From: Callorhinchus milii
Lineage: Eukaryota
DNA length: 64,000 nucleotides
NCBI RefSeq assembly: GCF_018977255.1
Contig: NW_024704743.1
Coordinates: 48,238,001-48,302,000 of the forward strand
Direction: 5' to 3'
Below, piece by piece: positions 14,099-27,444 of the stretch. The notes below the pieces were generated by a model that was not told where the DNA came from, did not search any database, and saw only the letters and a list, made by a program, of their open reading frames with translations. Both the position numbers and the translations under genes were made by a program. Each line of letters begins with the position of its first letter. Positions within the stretch are counted from its first letter, which is position 1.

Positions 14099-14354
14099 TA
14101 TAATAATAATAATCCTTGCATTTGATATAGCGCTTTTCACGTCGGGAGGACGTCCCAAAGCGCTTCACAGAACACACTGTAAAGTGAATTGACTGTATAT
14201 TTGTGGGCGAACGCGGCAGCCAATTGCGCACAGCAATGTCCCAAAAACAGTCGTAGATTGAAAATGACCAATTTAATTATTGTTTTTGGTTTTTTGGAGG
14301 GATTATTATTAGGCGTGTGGAGTAAGGAAACTTGCCCAAGGTTTCGCCCTGCCT
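14099..14354 (-). mobile_element. tRNA-derived SINE lacking most of the tRNA head
   Basis: Near-identical to the body and tail of the 27445 copy, in reverse. Confidence 0.92.
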
Positions 14355-16429
14355 AGATTGGAAGTTAATGAGCAACATGCAACAAGTTTCATCAAATATT
14401 TGTCTACAAAGATGCCACTTTTTAATTAAAGAGCATTTTACAAGTGTTTCTACAATTTACAACTTGTGCAACAGGGTGTTCTTATATGTGTGATTTTTGT
14501 TGGAACACCTTTCAGTTTCTTTGTTACTATTTCCTGCCATTAAATGATAAGGTAGCAAATTATCTGATACCCACTACTTAAGATCACTAAATATTTTAAC
14601 CTGGGTTAGCAGAATGGGAATAGAAGCTGTAATAGTTATTTATTTTAACAAAGGCACGTATGGATAAATACGATAACCTGACAAGCCCCCTCTTCCTTAT
14701 GCTACAACAATTACATTGTTCAAGTCAAGGCTTCATTAATTGACCTTACTTAAATAAGGTCAACTGGTCAACTTTTGATTACAGCAGCAGATTTGAGGCT
14801 TGTTTCTGTCTCACAGCTGTGACAGGTCAATGGAAAATTGTGTTTCAAACAGTGTAAGTGTCTGATTGTGCAATGCCTAAATCAGCCTCATTGATTATTC
14901 GCACACCAATAGGCTGCTCAAAGCTGGTGGAGTAATTAGGCTTTTTTGTGGATTATCCACTGAGTAAAAGGTCAAACAACCACAAATAGTGGCAGAAAAC
15001 AAGAGGTGCTAAGGACTTCAGAATTCCTGATCTTTTAAAAAATGCTGCAGCAGGGTCTGATTATGATGTGCTCATGCCCATGGTCCCCAGGATTTCTTGG
15101 CTCTGTTATCCAATGAAACATGAGTGATGGCTACTTTTCTCTCTCTCAGCTAGCACCAAGTCCCAGACTTCTGTTGAATGAAAGAATTGTCAGGCAATTG
15201 AGAATAACAATATTGTAAAATCTGATTTCATCTAACTGCAAGGTATAAGAAAATGACGTGTTTTTTTTGATTCCACGTAGTTTACATTGCTTTACCCGCA
15301 TTGAAGATCTACACTGACCCAATACTGCAATCAGAATGCATGACAAGGACATATCACTACATCAGTGATTGGAGCTGCTTGGAAATGGAAGGTTGACTGT
15401 GGGAAGTGGATTTTAGAGAGCCCCAGATCATTGTCACTGCAGAGTCACTTTGGAGTAAGTTTGTCTCTGACAGATATGGAACTTTGCCATCAGGTTAACC
15501 TGTTGCTCAAACAACAATAGCCTTTATTCAGCTCTCTTCACAGTTTTGAGATTAACTCCAGCACAATGTGGTAGATGGTACTTAGTGCCATAATAACTGA
15601 ATTACTTAGAACTTTTGTACAAATACTAAAATAGGCTAGAATCTCACTTTTTGAAAGGCATATGGTATGCATACAATTACTCTTTGCTTAAATGAAATAT
15701 CTAACATTGCATGCTTGAGACAGTTTACATCTTGTAGAGAGCCATGAGTCTGGGCTGTTATATTGTCATTAGCTACATAAATTCTTTAAATTGGGGATCC
15801 AAAAATCCTTCATTGTGGATGCAGTTACAAACTGAAAGTCGTCTTCTAAACAGTGTTGAGTACGTTTCTGTGAAATATATGTATGTAATCACATTACATG
15901 ACTTTGAATACCCCTTGGGTGCAAGTAAAATATGTATGAATATTGATTATTGATTATCATTTCAGGTTAATGCTGTGCTGCATAATAGAGGAGAAACCAC
16001 TAAGGATGAACAAACTGGTGAACTCTACACTGCGGCCAGCTGAACTTTATTGGTTTGATTGAACTTTGCCTTTTAAAGCTTAATTCTGGTTGCTAAACAA
16101 CATCACAAGAAATGTCATTATTTTCTACTTAAAATGGTCTCATTATTTTAATAATATTATGAGTTAACTTCAGAAATATGATAGTATCACTCAAGTGGTC
16201 TTAACAAAGAGTGGTGTCAGCAATACATCCCTGAAACTTGAAATGCCTCCTGATCCTGGTATTAGGACCATTAGCTTAAATTTAAGATTGTGCAAAATTA
16301 TGGAAAGTTGTTTTATTCAGTTTCAATTAGAGACTGGTTTTCCACAATTCTTTCAAGACCAACAGAAATTTGGGGTCTCAGGTTTTATCAAGTTCAATAT
16401 ATCCGTTGGGAGATATTTACAAAGAGTAA

Positions 16430-17290
16430 GAGAATTCCATGCATCCTATCTGCACATGGAAGTTCCAGAGATAGATTGTTGGAATAGACTGCGCACTCTC
16501 TCCCTGGAAGGACAAAGTATTTAAAGTATTAAGCACAGGTTGGCAAGAGCCAAGGCTTGGGGATCCCAGAATGTACTGCTGGAGACGAACCAGCTAAAAC
16601 CACATAGCTTGCCATTGGTATTGTTGTCTGGCAAGCTTACCCACTCCTTATCCAGGGTAGGACCATCCTACCCATCAGAGCTTTGGCTTGCAGGGTTAGC
16701 AGCTGAGTGGGATGATTCCCTGCCCCAGTGACTGGTCTGCCCTTCCAGGTCCTACCGATGAGCCTGGTTGGCTGCGCTGTCCACAGTACCACATGGAGTA
16801 CCGTGGATCCACCTGGCTTATTAATATTGCCACAGAGCACTGGCTTAATTTGATATTCCATTGCCAAACATGTCACCTTGGAACAAATCAGTTCAGCTCC
16901 AAGGTGACCCCGCTTACCTCCCTCCCAAGGAGGATAGTCACTAGTTGGTCATTCAACATGCGACAAACGTGGGTTTGAGCCCTCACTCGGTGAATGGTAG
17001 GCACCAGGAACTCTCTACGATCTTCCAAGTGGGTAACACATCTCAGCACAAAATGCACGAGTGCATTGCCACCATAATCCTGTCTGCAGCTTGGACACAC
17101 ATCCCTTCTCATGGAGCGATAGTTCTACCAATTGGATGTGCAGAGTTTAAGCAGCAGCTACTTGCCTCTGCAGGCCAATCTAGGCGGATCCCAGGTGCAC
17201 AATGTAGGAACGTGTGTTCCCAAACTCAAACTCCAGGTTACGCCTTACAGCAGCTGCTGTCGCCCCAAGCCACAGAGTTTCCTCATGACG
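16430..17290 (-). mobile_element. 3' part of an unclassified non-LTR retrotransposon (zinc-knuckle-like ORF end plus long 3' UTR)
   Basis: Minus strand reads CPSCRQDYGGNALVHFVLRC...RREFLVP. It is collinear with the 12320-13110 copy. Confidence 0.72.
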
Positions 17291-18464
17291 GAGATCAAAG
17301 GAGGTTGATTTAAGAAGCATTTTTTCACTTATAATTACCCAATTTAAGCAGTCACTCTTGTTTGGAACATAAGTTTTCTCCTGTGTTACTAACAAGCCCA
17401 GTCATGTAACAATTTCAACAACGGCGCATTCAAAGGAACACCTTTTGGAACTATCCATATAATTCTTTAAAAATATGTGTTTAAGTCTTTTATCAGATTG
17501 TTCTCTCCTGTTATTTATCCCTAGCTTTATGTTATTTAATCAGGCTGTATTAATAAATGTTTGGTTTGATTATCAAAAGCCTATGTCAGTAGAATATTGT
17601 TTCTTCAGTCAAATTAAGACTGGGCTTTACCCAAATCTATATACTAATATATTAAAGCAACAGCAACAGATGTAGGAGAGGAACAATAGTTTTTCCCAAA
17701 AAATCAGCTTTTGCTACGTTCTATCCTACTATCCTGTGTTTAATAATGAGACAAGCTGTCACCAGCTAAACTATATGCGAGCAAGATGTGGAAGTCGGTC
17801 AAGTGTTAAATGAGTCACAATTCTTTGATTCAGATTGTGGCAAAGGTTGAAAGTTCTTGGAAGTGGAATCTCCAAAAGAACATACCCATCACTCATCCTT
17901 ATGTGCAGCTTTCTCTCATTCTTACTTCATGGCCAGTTAATAATTATCAACGGTTTGGATCACAATTTCAGTTGGTATGATAACTGTCATATCACACATC
18001 ACATTTGTATCCTAATATTTGAACTGACGTTTGGATGATTTTGTCCTCAAGCGAGTTCTGAAGCAAATTCTCACCACTGTTTTTACCTCCTGTTATTGTA
18101 GCCATTTGCCATAATTGAGTATTTAATTTTAAAGGTCAGCATTATTGTAATAACATTCATTACAAAGTGACTGCACCTGGCCTACCTTACTTTATATCTA
18201 AGCTAGCTTTGCATACGTATACCTGTGCCTGGATATGTTATATTGTTTTATGTAGTGTATATTCTTCCTGCAAGCTGGCAGTCAGCTCTGTGTAGCACGT
18301 CGAGACGTCCTCCCGAAGTGAAAGGTTCCATATAAAGGTTGTTGTTATGGCTTGTATGAAAGATGATTACCAATTAAAGTGTTGATGAAATCAGAAGTAA
18401 CTAATAGTGCAATAACATTTACTATAATTAACAATATATCTTCATGGGATTCCTTAATAATCGT

Positions 18465-18699
18465 GGAGTCCTGTAGCGCAGTGGTTAGAGCACTCACCTC
18501 TCAAGCGAGAGACCTGGGTTCGATTCCCAGCAGGGCGAAACCTTGGGTAAATTTCCTTATTCCACACGCCTAATAATAATCCCTCAAGAAAAAAAATAAA
18601 TTGGTCACTTCAATCCACGATTGTTTGTGGTACACTGCTGTGCGAAATTGGCTGCCGCGTTTCGCCCATAAATATACAGTCAATTCATTCTACTGTGAA
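18465..18699 (+). mobile_element. tRNA-derived SINE, 3'-truncated
   Basis: Same head and body as the 27445 copy. Confidence 0.9.
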
Positions 18700-18822
18700 G
18701 TGTGTATGCCACAACATGCCTCCAATGTAATCTACCTCTGGAGCAGTGTTCTTACGAAGGAAGAATGAAATAAAACAATATCACAAATTAGATCCTATTA
18801 CTGACAAGAGATTGAGCAAATG

Positions 18823-19142
18823 TAATAATAATAATAATAATCCTTGCATTTGATATAGCGCTTTTCACGTCGGGAGGACGTCCCAAAGAGCTTCACAGAA
18901 TATACTGTAAAGTGAATTGACTGTATATTTGTGGGCCAACGCGGCAGCCAATTGCGCACAGCAATGTCCCACAAGCAGTCGTAGATTGAAAATGACCAAT
19001 TTATTATAGTTTTTGGTTTTGGAGGGATTATTATTAGAAGTGTAGAGTAAGGAAACTTGCCCAAGGTTTCGCCCTGCCTGGAATTGAACTCAGGTATCTC
19101 ACTTGGAAAGCGAGTGCTCTAACCACTGAGCTATAGGACTCC
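18823..19142 (-). mobile_element. tRNA-derived SINE, full length (an extra isolated head fragment lies at ~19772-19827)
   Basis: Reverse complement of the family consensus, including the (TAA)n tail. Confidence 0.93.
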
Positions 19143-19164
19143 TATACTGCTGGGATCAAGAGTC

Positions 19165-19745
19165 ATCAACAACTTCAACAACAACTTGGATTTATATTGC
19201 ACCCTCCACGCTGGACGCATCTCAGAGCGCTTCACGGTAACGGATCCCGGGGCCAAGCCAGGGGGAAGGGGAGGAAGGTGACCAAAAGCACGGTCGAAAA
19301 GAAAGGTCTTCAGCAGAGACCTAAAAATAGGAAGAGAGGGAGTGAGGTGAAGGGAGTGAGGAAGGGAGTTCCAGAGCCTCACGGCATAGTGAAGGCACAG
19401 CTGCCGAGGTTGGAGCGGAGGACTCGGGGACAAAGAGGAGGCCAGAATGGGAGGAACGAAGGCAACGGGCACTGTTGTGAGGAGAGAAGTCAGAGAGATA
19501 GGGGGTGCAGAGGAATGCAAAGATTTGAAGACAAAGGTGAGGATCTTGAAGTAGATCCTCTCTGGGACAGACAGCCAGTGCAGTCTGGCAAGTAACTGGG
19601 GTAATCGGAGAGCGGAGTTTGGTGCGGGTGAGAATGCGGGCGGTAGAGTTTCGAATAATCTGGATTTTGTGGATGGTAGTGGAGGGGAGGCCGGCGAGGA
19701 GGGCGTTAGAATAGTCCAGCCGAGAGGTGACAAAGGCATGGACCA
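19165..19745 (-). mobile_element. L2-clade LINE 3' fragment
   Basis: Minus-strand ORF contains LARLHWLSVPERIYFKILTFVFKSLH and AVRLWNSLP...FRSLLKTFLF, followed by a (GTT)n-type tail. Confidence 0.92.
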
Positions 19746-20378
19746 GGGGTCAATTAGGAAACAAGGAACAGTTTGAACTCAGGTGTCTCACTTGCAAGGT
19801 GAGTGCTCTAACCACTGAGCTACAGGACGTATACATTTTAGATACTTGTTTTATATTATTTATTTTTTGAAGGCAGCAATCTAGGCGAGATATTCAGTTA
19901 TCTTGACATCAAGGGAACTTCTGTCCATTCATCCACTATCATTAAAAACAATAGCAACTCATGTAAAGGAGCGGGAGACAATGCATTCTTCCTGTTCTCC
20001 AGCACTGCCATCATTGGTCAGTATAAGTATAATAAATGGAGTCTAATCTTGTGCAATAAAACATTATAAATGTGTGGGTCTTTTGGCTGACTTCACAACT
20101 GGCACAAATTCAGCTAATCCAGAATCCAATCATATTATTGTGTATAAAACTGTTATGACCTCTCACACCGTGGGTGCAAATTAAGCATATATATTATATG
20201 TTCATTGTGTACAACACAACCTGAATGCCACAGAGAACACCGGTTAATGCACTCCTATTACAAATGATCATAATGTTAGAATGGTCTGCAATTCAAGACG
20301 GTTAATTTTGAGCCAGGGTGCTTCAGAAAATGTCCCTTCTAATGTCCCTTTGAAGGTGGTCCAATTAATGCAGTGCAT

Positions 20379-20672
20379 TGTAATAATCCTTGCATTTGAT
20401 ATAGCGCCTTATCACATCATTGAGACATCTCAAAGCGCTTCACACGATATACTGCAAAGTGGAGTGGCTGTGTATTTCGTGGGCGAAACACGGCAGCTGA
20501 TCACGCACAGCAGTGTGGATTGAGGGAACAAATTATTAGTATTTTTTTGGGGGGAAGGATTATTACCCCTAGAAAGGTTCCTCCAATCGACCGACAACTG
20601 GGTTCCTGCTTACTGCTAGGTAAACAGAAGCATCTGTGTGGAGTAAGGAAACTTGTCTAAGGTTTCTCCCCG
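20379..20672 (-). mobile_element. tRNA-derived SINE, long subfamily, diverged
   Basis: Has the tail plus the internal ctgtttacctagcagtaag segment on the minus strand. Confidence 0.8.
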
Positions 20673-20789
20673 ACCTGACCCATCCTATCCTCATGTGATT
20701 TGCGTGGAGTGAACATAGAGTCACACCTGCACTTGTCTTCAATGAGTGAGTTTCCATTCTCAAATGGTTCATTGGAGGGTGGCAGGACT

Positions 20790-21165
20790 CACAAGATTGT
20801 AGGAAAGATTCGGTTAAAAAGGTCTTTTGGTCTGTTTGATCCTATCCTTCAGTATCCTCATCCTACCATCTTCCCATCACAGCATCAAGCTTTTTGTTAA
20901 ATGAGTCTAGTATCCTAGCCACTAACCCCTCCTGACAACCTGTTCCGGACATTAATTATCCTTTGGGTAAAGAAAAACGTCCTGATGTCTGTACTGAAAT
21001 GACCCTTTGGAACTTTAAACCTATGGTCCCCTGTTTTATTATCTTGGTATATCCTAAAGTATTGTTCTGGGCTTATTTTTTAATCCCATTTAAAACGTTA
21101 TGTACCTGTATAAGGACCCCCGAGACACCTCCTTTCAAGACTGAAGAGCTCCAGTTTCTCTAAAC
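20790..21165 (-). mobile_element. Degenerate CR1 3' fragment (another at ~31360-31650)
   Basis: Reverse-strand resemblance to the CR1 ORF2 end (cttgaaaggaggtgtctcgggggtccttatacaggtacataa...). Confidence 0.65.
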
Positions 21166-24100
21166 CTTACTCTGTATTTACGAAATTCCAAAATTCTGTA
21201 TTTCAAAACAATAGACTTAAGGCTAAGACATTTGAGAAATTTTGGGCCTTAGAACTCCAGACAAAGAAATTAAATGCAGACTTTCAATATATGAAAGAAC
21301 TCCTACCAAACTTTGCAAAGATCACCTTCTCACAGGAAATACCAAGTATCAGCTAAATGAATGGTTGTAAAAGGCCACTGTGAGGAGCATCAAGTAATGA
21401 TTTCCATTACGTGTAAGACATTTAGCCAGAATCCTGATGCACATGTACAAATTAAAGAGGCCTGCGATGCAGTACTAATGATCTCTCGTGGGATCGTCCT
21501 TCAAAGATACTGCTCAAACTACAAATGGGCCCAAGGCTGATAAGTTACACACCTCAGAAATAAGCTGTCCATGTAGCAGCATTTGTTATTAGATCACTAC
21601 ATACCCAGTGCTGTAGTTCATCTTAGAGACTTGTTCTGTACCTCCTTCCATGCAAGTTGTACTAACAGCTAAACTACAGTAGTTCATCCAGTTAGCCAAC
21701 AGAGCAGGAAACAAAACTCTGACTGAAATGGTCAAAACCTGCCAAGGATCACTGAACTGATTAATGAAGCAGTGTGAAGAAAAGTGACCCTTATTATATG
21801 ACCTTACACATTTCAATTAAATGGATTGCACACTTGAAAAATGACAGAATGAATATAACAGTCCCTTACAGCTAATTATATGAAAAATACTTTGTGTACA
21901 GGATAGCCGACAATTCTAGCCTGAACAGTAAAACCCTGTCAAGTACAATATTTTTTCTTGCTTCCAGATGGCCTGAGGCGAAGAACGAGTCAAATAACTG
22001 TTAGTGTAGATCAAGAAAATGGCACTTAAAAAGTGACTGAATCAATTTCTTTCTTTCACATATTCAGCTATACCATTTTGCAACTCACCAGTAATGTAGA
22101 ACGCAATATTCATTCATATTTCATTGAAAAAATTCTCCACATTTGAAGTGAATGTGGAAAGAGTAATAACTGGAGATGGAACATAGCATAAGAAAACTTT
22201 TAACTTTATAATTAATTCTAGATTTCAATATGTCTGTAAAATATAAGTGAAACAATGGTATCAAGATGAAATAAGTCACAGCTAGTTATGTGAATGACAG
22301 GGATATAATAGCCCTTGGGCTGTTTTGAATAATACCTACAAAATTGGCAGGTTATCTAATGAATAATGATAATAATCCTTGCATTTGATATAGTGCCCTA
22401 TCACATTGTTGAGACATCTCAAGGTGCTTCACAGGATATACTGTGGTGGAATGCCTGTGTATTTTGTGGGCGATGATCTTGAAATTGTGTGTTAAATACT
22501 GTCTTTTCTTTTCTCACTTCTACAGGTCTTCCTATCAGAATCCTTAATGATTTCTTAGTTTTCAGGAAAGGTGTAATTTTGTTTGGAAGAATATTGTAAA
22601 AGCTGTAATATTTTCATTCCAATGATATAGTGCACATCTCAATTCCAGTTCAATTTTACATGTTCAAAATCAATCAACCAGTGATCACCATGTCCTAGGG
22701 CAGAGTAAGAAATGGGGCTGTCTATAATCAGATTGCTGCAATCAAGCTTGAATAACTTTTAAAAGACAAATGACAAAGCCAAACTTGAAACATGAAAATG
22801 TACTGACACTTTTAAAGATTGTAACGCAGATTTGAAAAGCCTATGTTTCCCGAAAGTTGTATCATCCAAATAAAGTAATGCCTTAGATAGTTCATTAAAC
22901 TTTCACTTTGAGATATTTAATTTCCATCCATCCTAAATTCATATTTTTATGCACAGCTTTATCTACTTAGATGAATAAGGCCACATTGCAGACATTTGAG
23001 TTGTAAATGTTCTAATCATGCTCATCCTTGATTGCTGGTATTTGGCCTCGGCAAATTGTGTCAAATTTACTTTTAAACCCAAGCATACATTGTTATTATG
23101 TATGGCAAGGATGCAATTACTTCCATTTTCATAATGTCGTAATGCAGTCCAGAGTCACTCACATCGGTTTCAGTTCAGGTTTTCAATTCAATAAAAACAT
23201 TTAACAATGCTGCTGCTCAACTGTCCAGATGCACTGCACAAATGTTCATGCCGGCTTCCAAATTTCTGCTAGGTTATTGCAGGAATATATTGAGGGAAAG
23301 CTCAGGAAAAGGGGATACATCTCTCATATATTGAAATATAGTAATAACTTCTTTTTAGTTTGACTATTTTAAGAAAGAACAACTAATGTCCAATGCTATC
23401 ATTTTCTAAAATGATTTAATGTAATATGGGGAAAGCAGAAATAAAATATATATATTTTAAATTACTTGAGAATTGTTTCTAATGCTACAATTGCCAGTAA
23501 GTGTGTCATTTTGTCAGCAATTTGCCACCTAGTATGCAGCATAAATGAAAGTAGAAAAAGGCAGAAAATTGGAATCCCGCCCCTCACACCACCAGGATGA
23601 GGTGCTTTCAAGAGCAGTGCAATTCGCACGAGCACAGCATAAGGGCGACTTCACCCAGTATGAACCAGGCTTCACTACCTTATAAAGTTATTATAAAACA
23701 GACTTTCCATAATCAAAAATATTTGCATTGGCTGTTGATGCAGTACTTAGATCGATTATCCTCTGATATATGCTCTCTGAAGATCATTCCCTCCACCAAA
23801 CAGTCAGCTGTTCAATATCCTGGTTACTATAGACTTTAAATAACTCCCAGTTGTACACTCAGAGGCTGAGGTTTTCAGGCCTAACAATTCTTTTAGTATT
23901 TGTTTTTAGTACAATAATCATCCAGCATGGCCTTTCCTTATGACACATAGATTTATAAAATCAGAAAATGGTTACAATGTAACTGGATTATGATTATTTC
24001 ATCAGATTTGTTTAAAATATTACAGTAGTACCCATTTTCCCGGTATGCACAAATGTACTTCCCTTGTGAGGTCACCCACTGGTTTCCTGTCTGTATGTAC

Positions 24101-27100
24101 TTTTCTATTCAGATTGCTGCTATAAAAAGATTTCCCAAACATCTGCAAACCAATATGTAGTCCCATTATTTCATAAGATGGAAGTTTCCCTTAACCTTGT
24201 TGAACAAGAAAATTTGTATCAGCGAATTTAAGAGAGTTCTGTAGCTATTCAATGAATAAATCAACTTAAGGATCTGAAGGGACGTTTGCGCAAAATGTAT
24301 TTTTAAAAGATCTATATTTTTAAAAATCTCTTATTTTATTTTAGTTTCCCGACAGATGGACCACAATATTTTTTTCCCCCCATTCATGCATATTCCTATG
24401 TTCCGATCTAACTTAGAAGGATTTCTTCATTCTTCAGAGATGTATCCTTCATACAATGCTGGATTTTAACCCAGATAATTTCCCAATCTGAAGAAAGTTT
24501 ATGGTGATGAAACATTCCAGGTGATATTTTTACCGTTGTTGAGCTCCAGTTATGTCCAAGGCAGGACTGAACACATCTATGCTGCCCTCGTGTTCCTGAT
24601 ATTAAAGGTGAGCACACACATCAGAGCATCAGCTAATATCTTGTTTGAGGTGCCATGCTATGGATGAGACATGAAACTGAGGTCCCATCTGCCTGTTCAA
24701 GTGGCCGTTAAAGATCCAATGGCACCATTTGTAAGAGAAAGCAGTTTTTCCCAGTGCCCTAGCCAACAATCCTCCAGAATAAATTGGTCACTCACTTCAT
24801 GTCTGTTGTGGGACATTGCTGTGTGCAATTTGGTTGCCATGCTTGTCTGCAAAATACAAAGTCACTACATTTGTAAGAATGTTCATGAATAATTCTTTCC
24901 AGCAGTTAGCAAGATGTAATTTAGATGGTGGTTTGCTTTGGATTTTGAGCCTGGATGTGAAAAATAGCTGACATGACTCTGATCAGTTTATTTTTATTCT
25001 TCTGAGGATCTACAACTTCAGAGTGGAAACAGGATTCCAGCTCAGGCCTAACTAACTAAGAGGATACATGATCAAAATGCAACACAAAAAAAATTCGGCA
25101 GGAAATTAGGATGTGTTTTAAAAAATGCTCGATTGGGAGGGTAAATCAGGTCAGTTTGATCAACGACCAGTGCCTGGATCTCACTAACCCGACAGCGACC
25201 AAGAATCAGACAGTGCCCGTGGGATGACCCTTTGATTTCTCTCCTTCCCTGTGAGGAAAGTCTCTGACCTCCACTTGATACTCCTCCAAGGCAACAGGGT
25301 TGAAGCTGAGACACGTACAGCTACCAAGGGAATGTTTTATAATTGTGCACAGCATACTGTCTCTCAGCCCCACTCTACCAATCCTCCCCATCTGAAAGTT
25401 GGTAAAGCTGTGCCTACACTAACATTCACAGTGATATAGATATATATTATATAATTATTCTTACAGCCCACTGATTCTGATGTTACCTTGTATTGTTTTA
25501 AGTTTTTTAAGGTCTCATGATCAAGCAACGGAAACAACCCCCAAAGCTTTCTGCAACAGAAATTCAATTTAATTTCTTCCATATAAATTGCACATGATTC
25601 CTGCAGTGAGGAAATGAAATCAAATCAGAAACAGATTCAAGTTTACATTTACTTAACATGGCAACGCAACACTGTCAAATCAGTAGATAAAATAGATTTC
25701 TAATGTCACAATGTTGCCAACTGCCCTCAGTTTTGACGTGAGTACTGGTGTGATTTGTCACACAGCAACAAAATCTATCCCTGTATTTCACTATTTTTTA
25801 TTGGTTTCTTCTGTTGACACTACTGATTTCTCCATTGCTCCTGCTACATGGCTGCCTCATTTTGTGGTCTGCTTTCATGTCAGGTGAATACATTGCTCAG
25901 ATGTGCAGCCGCTCGCTGACCTCATCCACTAATCCCACCATCTGAAATTTACCACAGCAGTAACTCTAAAGTGCAATACACAGTGATTTTCAAAGTAAGA
26001 AAAAAGGACTTGCATTTTTACATCACCCTATCACATTGATACATCTCAAAAAGCTACAGTAATTTCGGTCAAAATGTAGTATTTTTTTGTTGGCAAAGAC
26101 AGCAGCTATTTTGCACACAGTAAGGTCTGGCAACAGCCATAAGATTAATGACCAGTTTATCTGGAGATATGGAAAAACTCCTCTTTTAGAATAGTATCAT
26201 GGAGATCTTTAACTTTCACCCAAATAACAGATACAGGATCACAGTTTAATATGTCATCCAAATCTCAAACAATACAATGCTTCCAGAGTATTGCACTAGA
26301 ATGCCAATGTAGCCTATGATTTCAAGGATTATTATTATTTAATATAAGTCTATCTTTGGGCTTAACCCACTGTCTTCTTTCTGATCAACATTGCTATTGA
26401 CTGAGTGAAGCTAAGTCAAGCTGAGTGAAACTTGTATTTTTATTTACAGTCCACTGATTCTTCACCAGAAAATGAACATGTTGTTTCATCGTAGAATATA
26501 AAGGCACAATGGGACAAGCAATTAATAAGTTCTATTTTACCAGGATGTTGACATTGTTATTTCTCTGCTGCACGTTGCTTTATCTGTTGTTCATTGTAAT
26601 TGTTTTTCAAGGGAATAGATATTGAGTAAAGAAGCACCAAGCTCTGCCAGTAACAAATTCAAACAAAATGTCTACGAGATTGAATAAAGTGTGAGAGTCA
26701 GTATGTTCAAGACTTGACAGTTCTGACAGCATTGTAAAAGTATCTCAAGTAAACCATATAGGCATTTAGGAACATTGTGTAAAATGTAAGGTTTGTAGAA
26801 TTTTGGAAAATTCTTAAAACCAATTTTAAATGGAAGCCAGGTTAAGAGTGGTGGAAAAGCAACTTTCAAACAGAGACCTGCAATAAAGAATTTTCCAAAA
26901 TTTTGCTTGATCTTAAATATTGAAACAAGAGTTTCTTCCAGTGTCCAGGCCAACAATCCCCCAAATGAAATTCATGCTGTTTGTGGCATATTGCAAATTG
27001 GCTGCCACATTTACTCACAAAATACACAGTCACTTCACTTTACAGTAGTTAGACTTTGAAACATCTCGCAATGTGACAAGTGCTATATTAAATGTAAGAA

Positions 27101-27444
27101 TTATTATTATTAAAATAATAGACTTAAGGCTAAGGTATTAGTAATAATTCTTGCATTTGATATAGTGCCTTATCATGTCATTGGGAAGTCTTAAAACGCT
27201 TCACAGGATAGACTGTAAAGTGGAGTGATTGTGTGTTTTGTGGGTGAAATGCGGCAGCCAATTGTGCAATTGTGCACAATAAGCCATTTCTGGCTACAGA
27301 AATACAACAGAAATATTCTCCCAGTGTTATTTACCTTCAATGCAGTGCATTTTGTAACACTACATGCACTGAATGTCTTCCAGCGGCAAGAGAGGAGGGG
27401 TGGGGAGAAAGAGAGATGTAAATGTTATGTTATGTTATATTTGT

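Noticed and set aside
18798..19064. Recurrent MGKFPYST... peptide ORFs (also 27523, 42329, 44237, 45910)
   Set aside because: Chance reading frame of the SINE consensus, not a gene family.
19131..19739. 202-aa ORF, and the 155-aa ORF at 2215-2682, as host genes
   Set aside because: They are frameshifted L2 ORF2 remnants.
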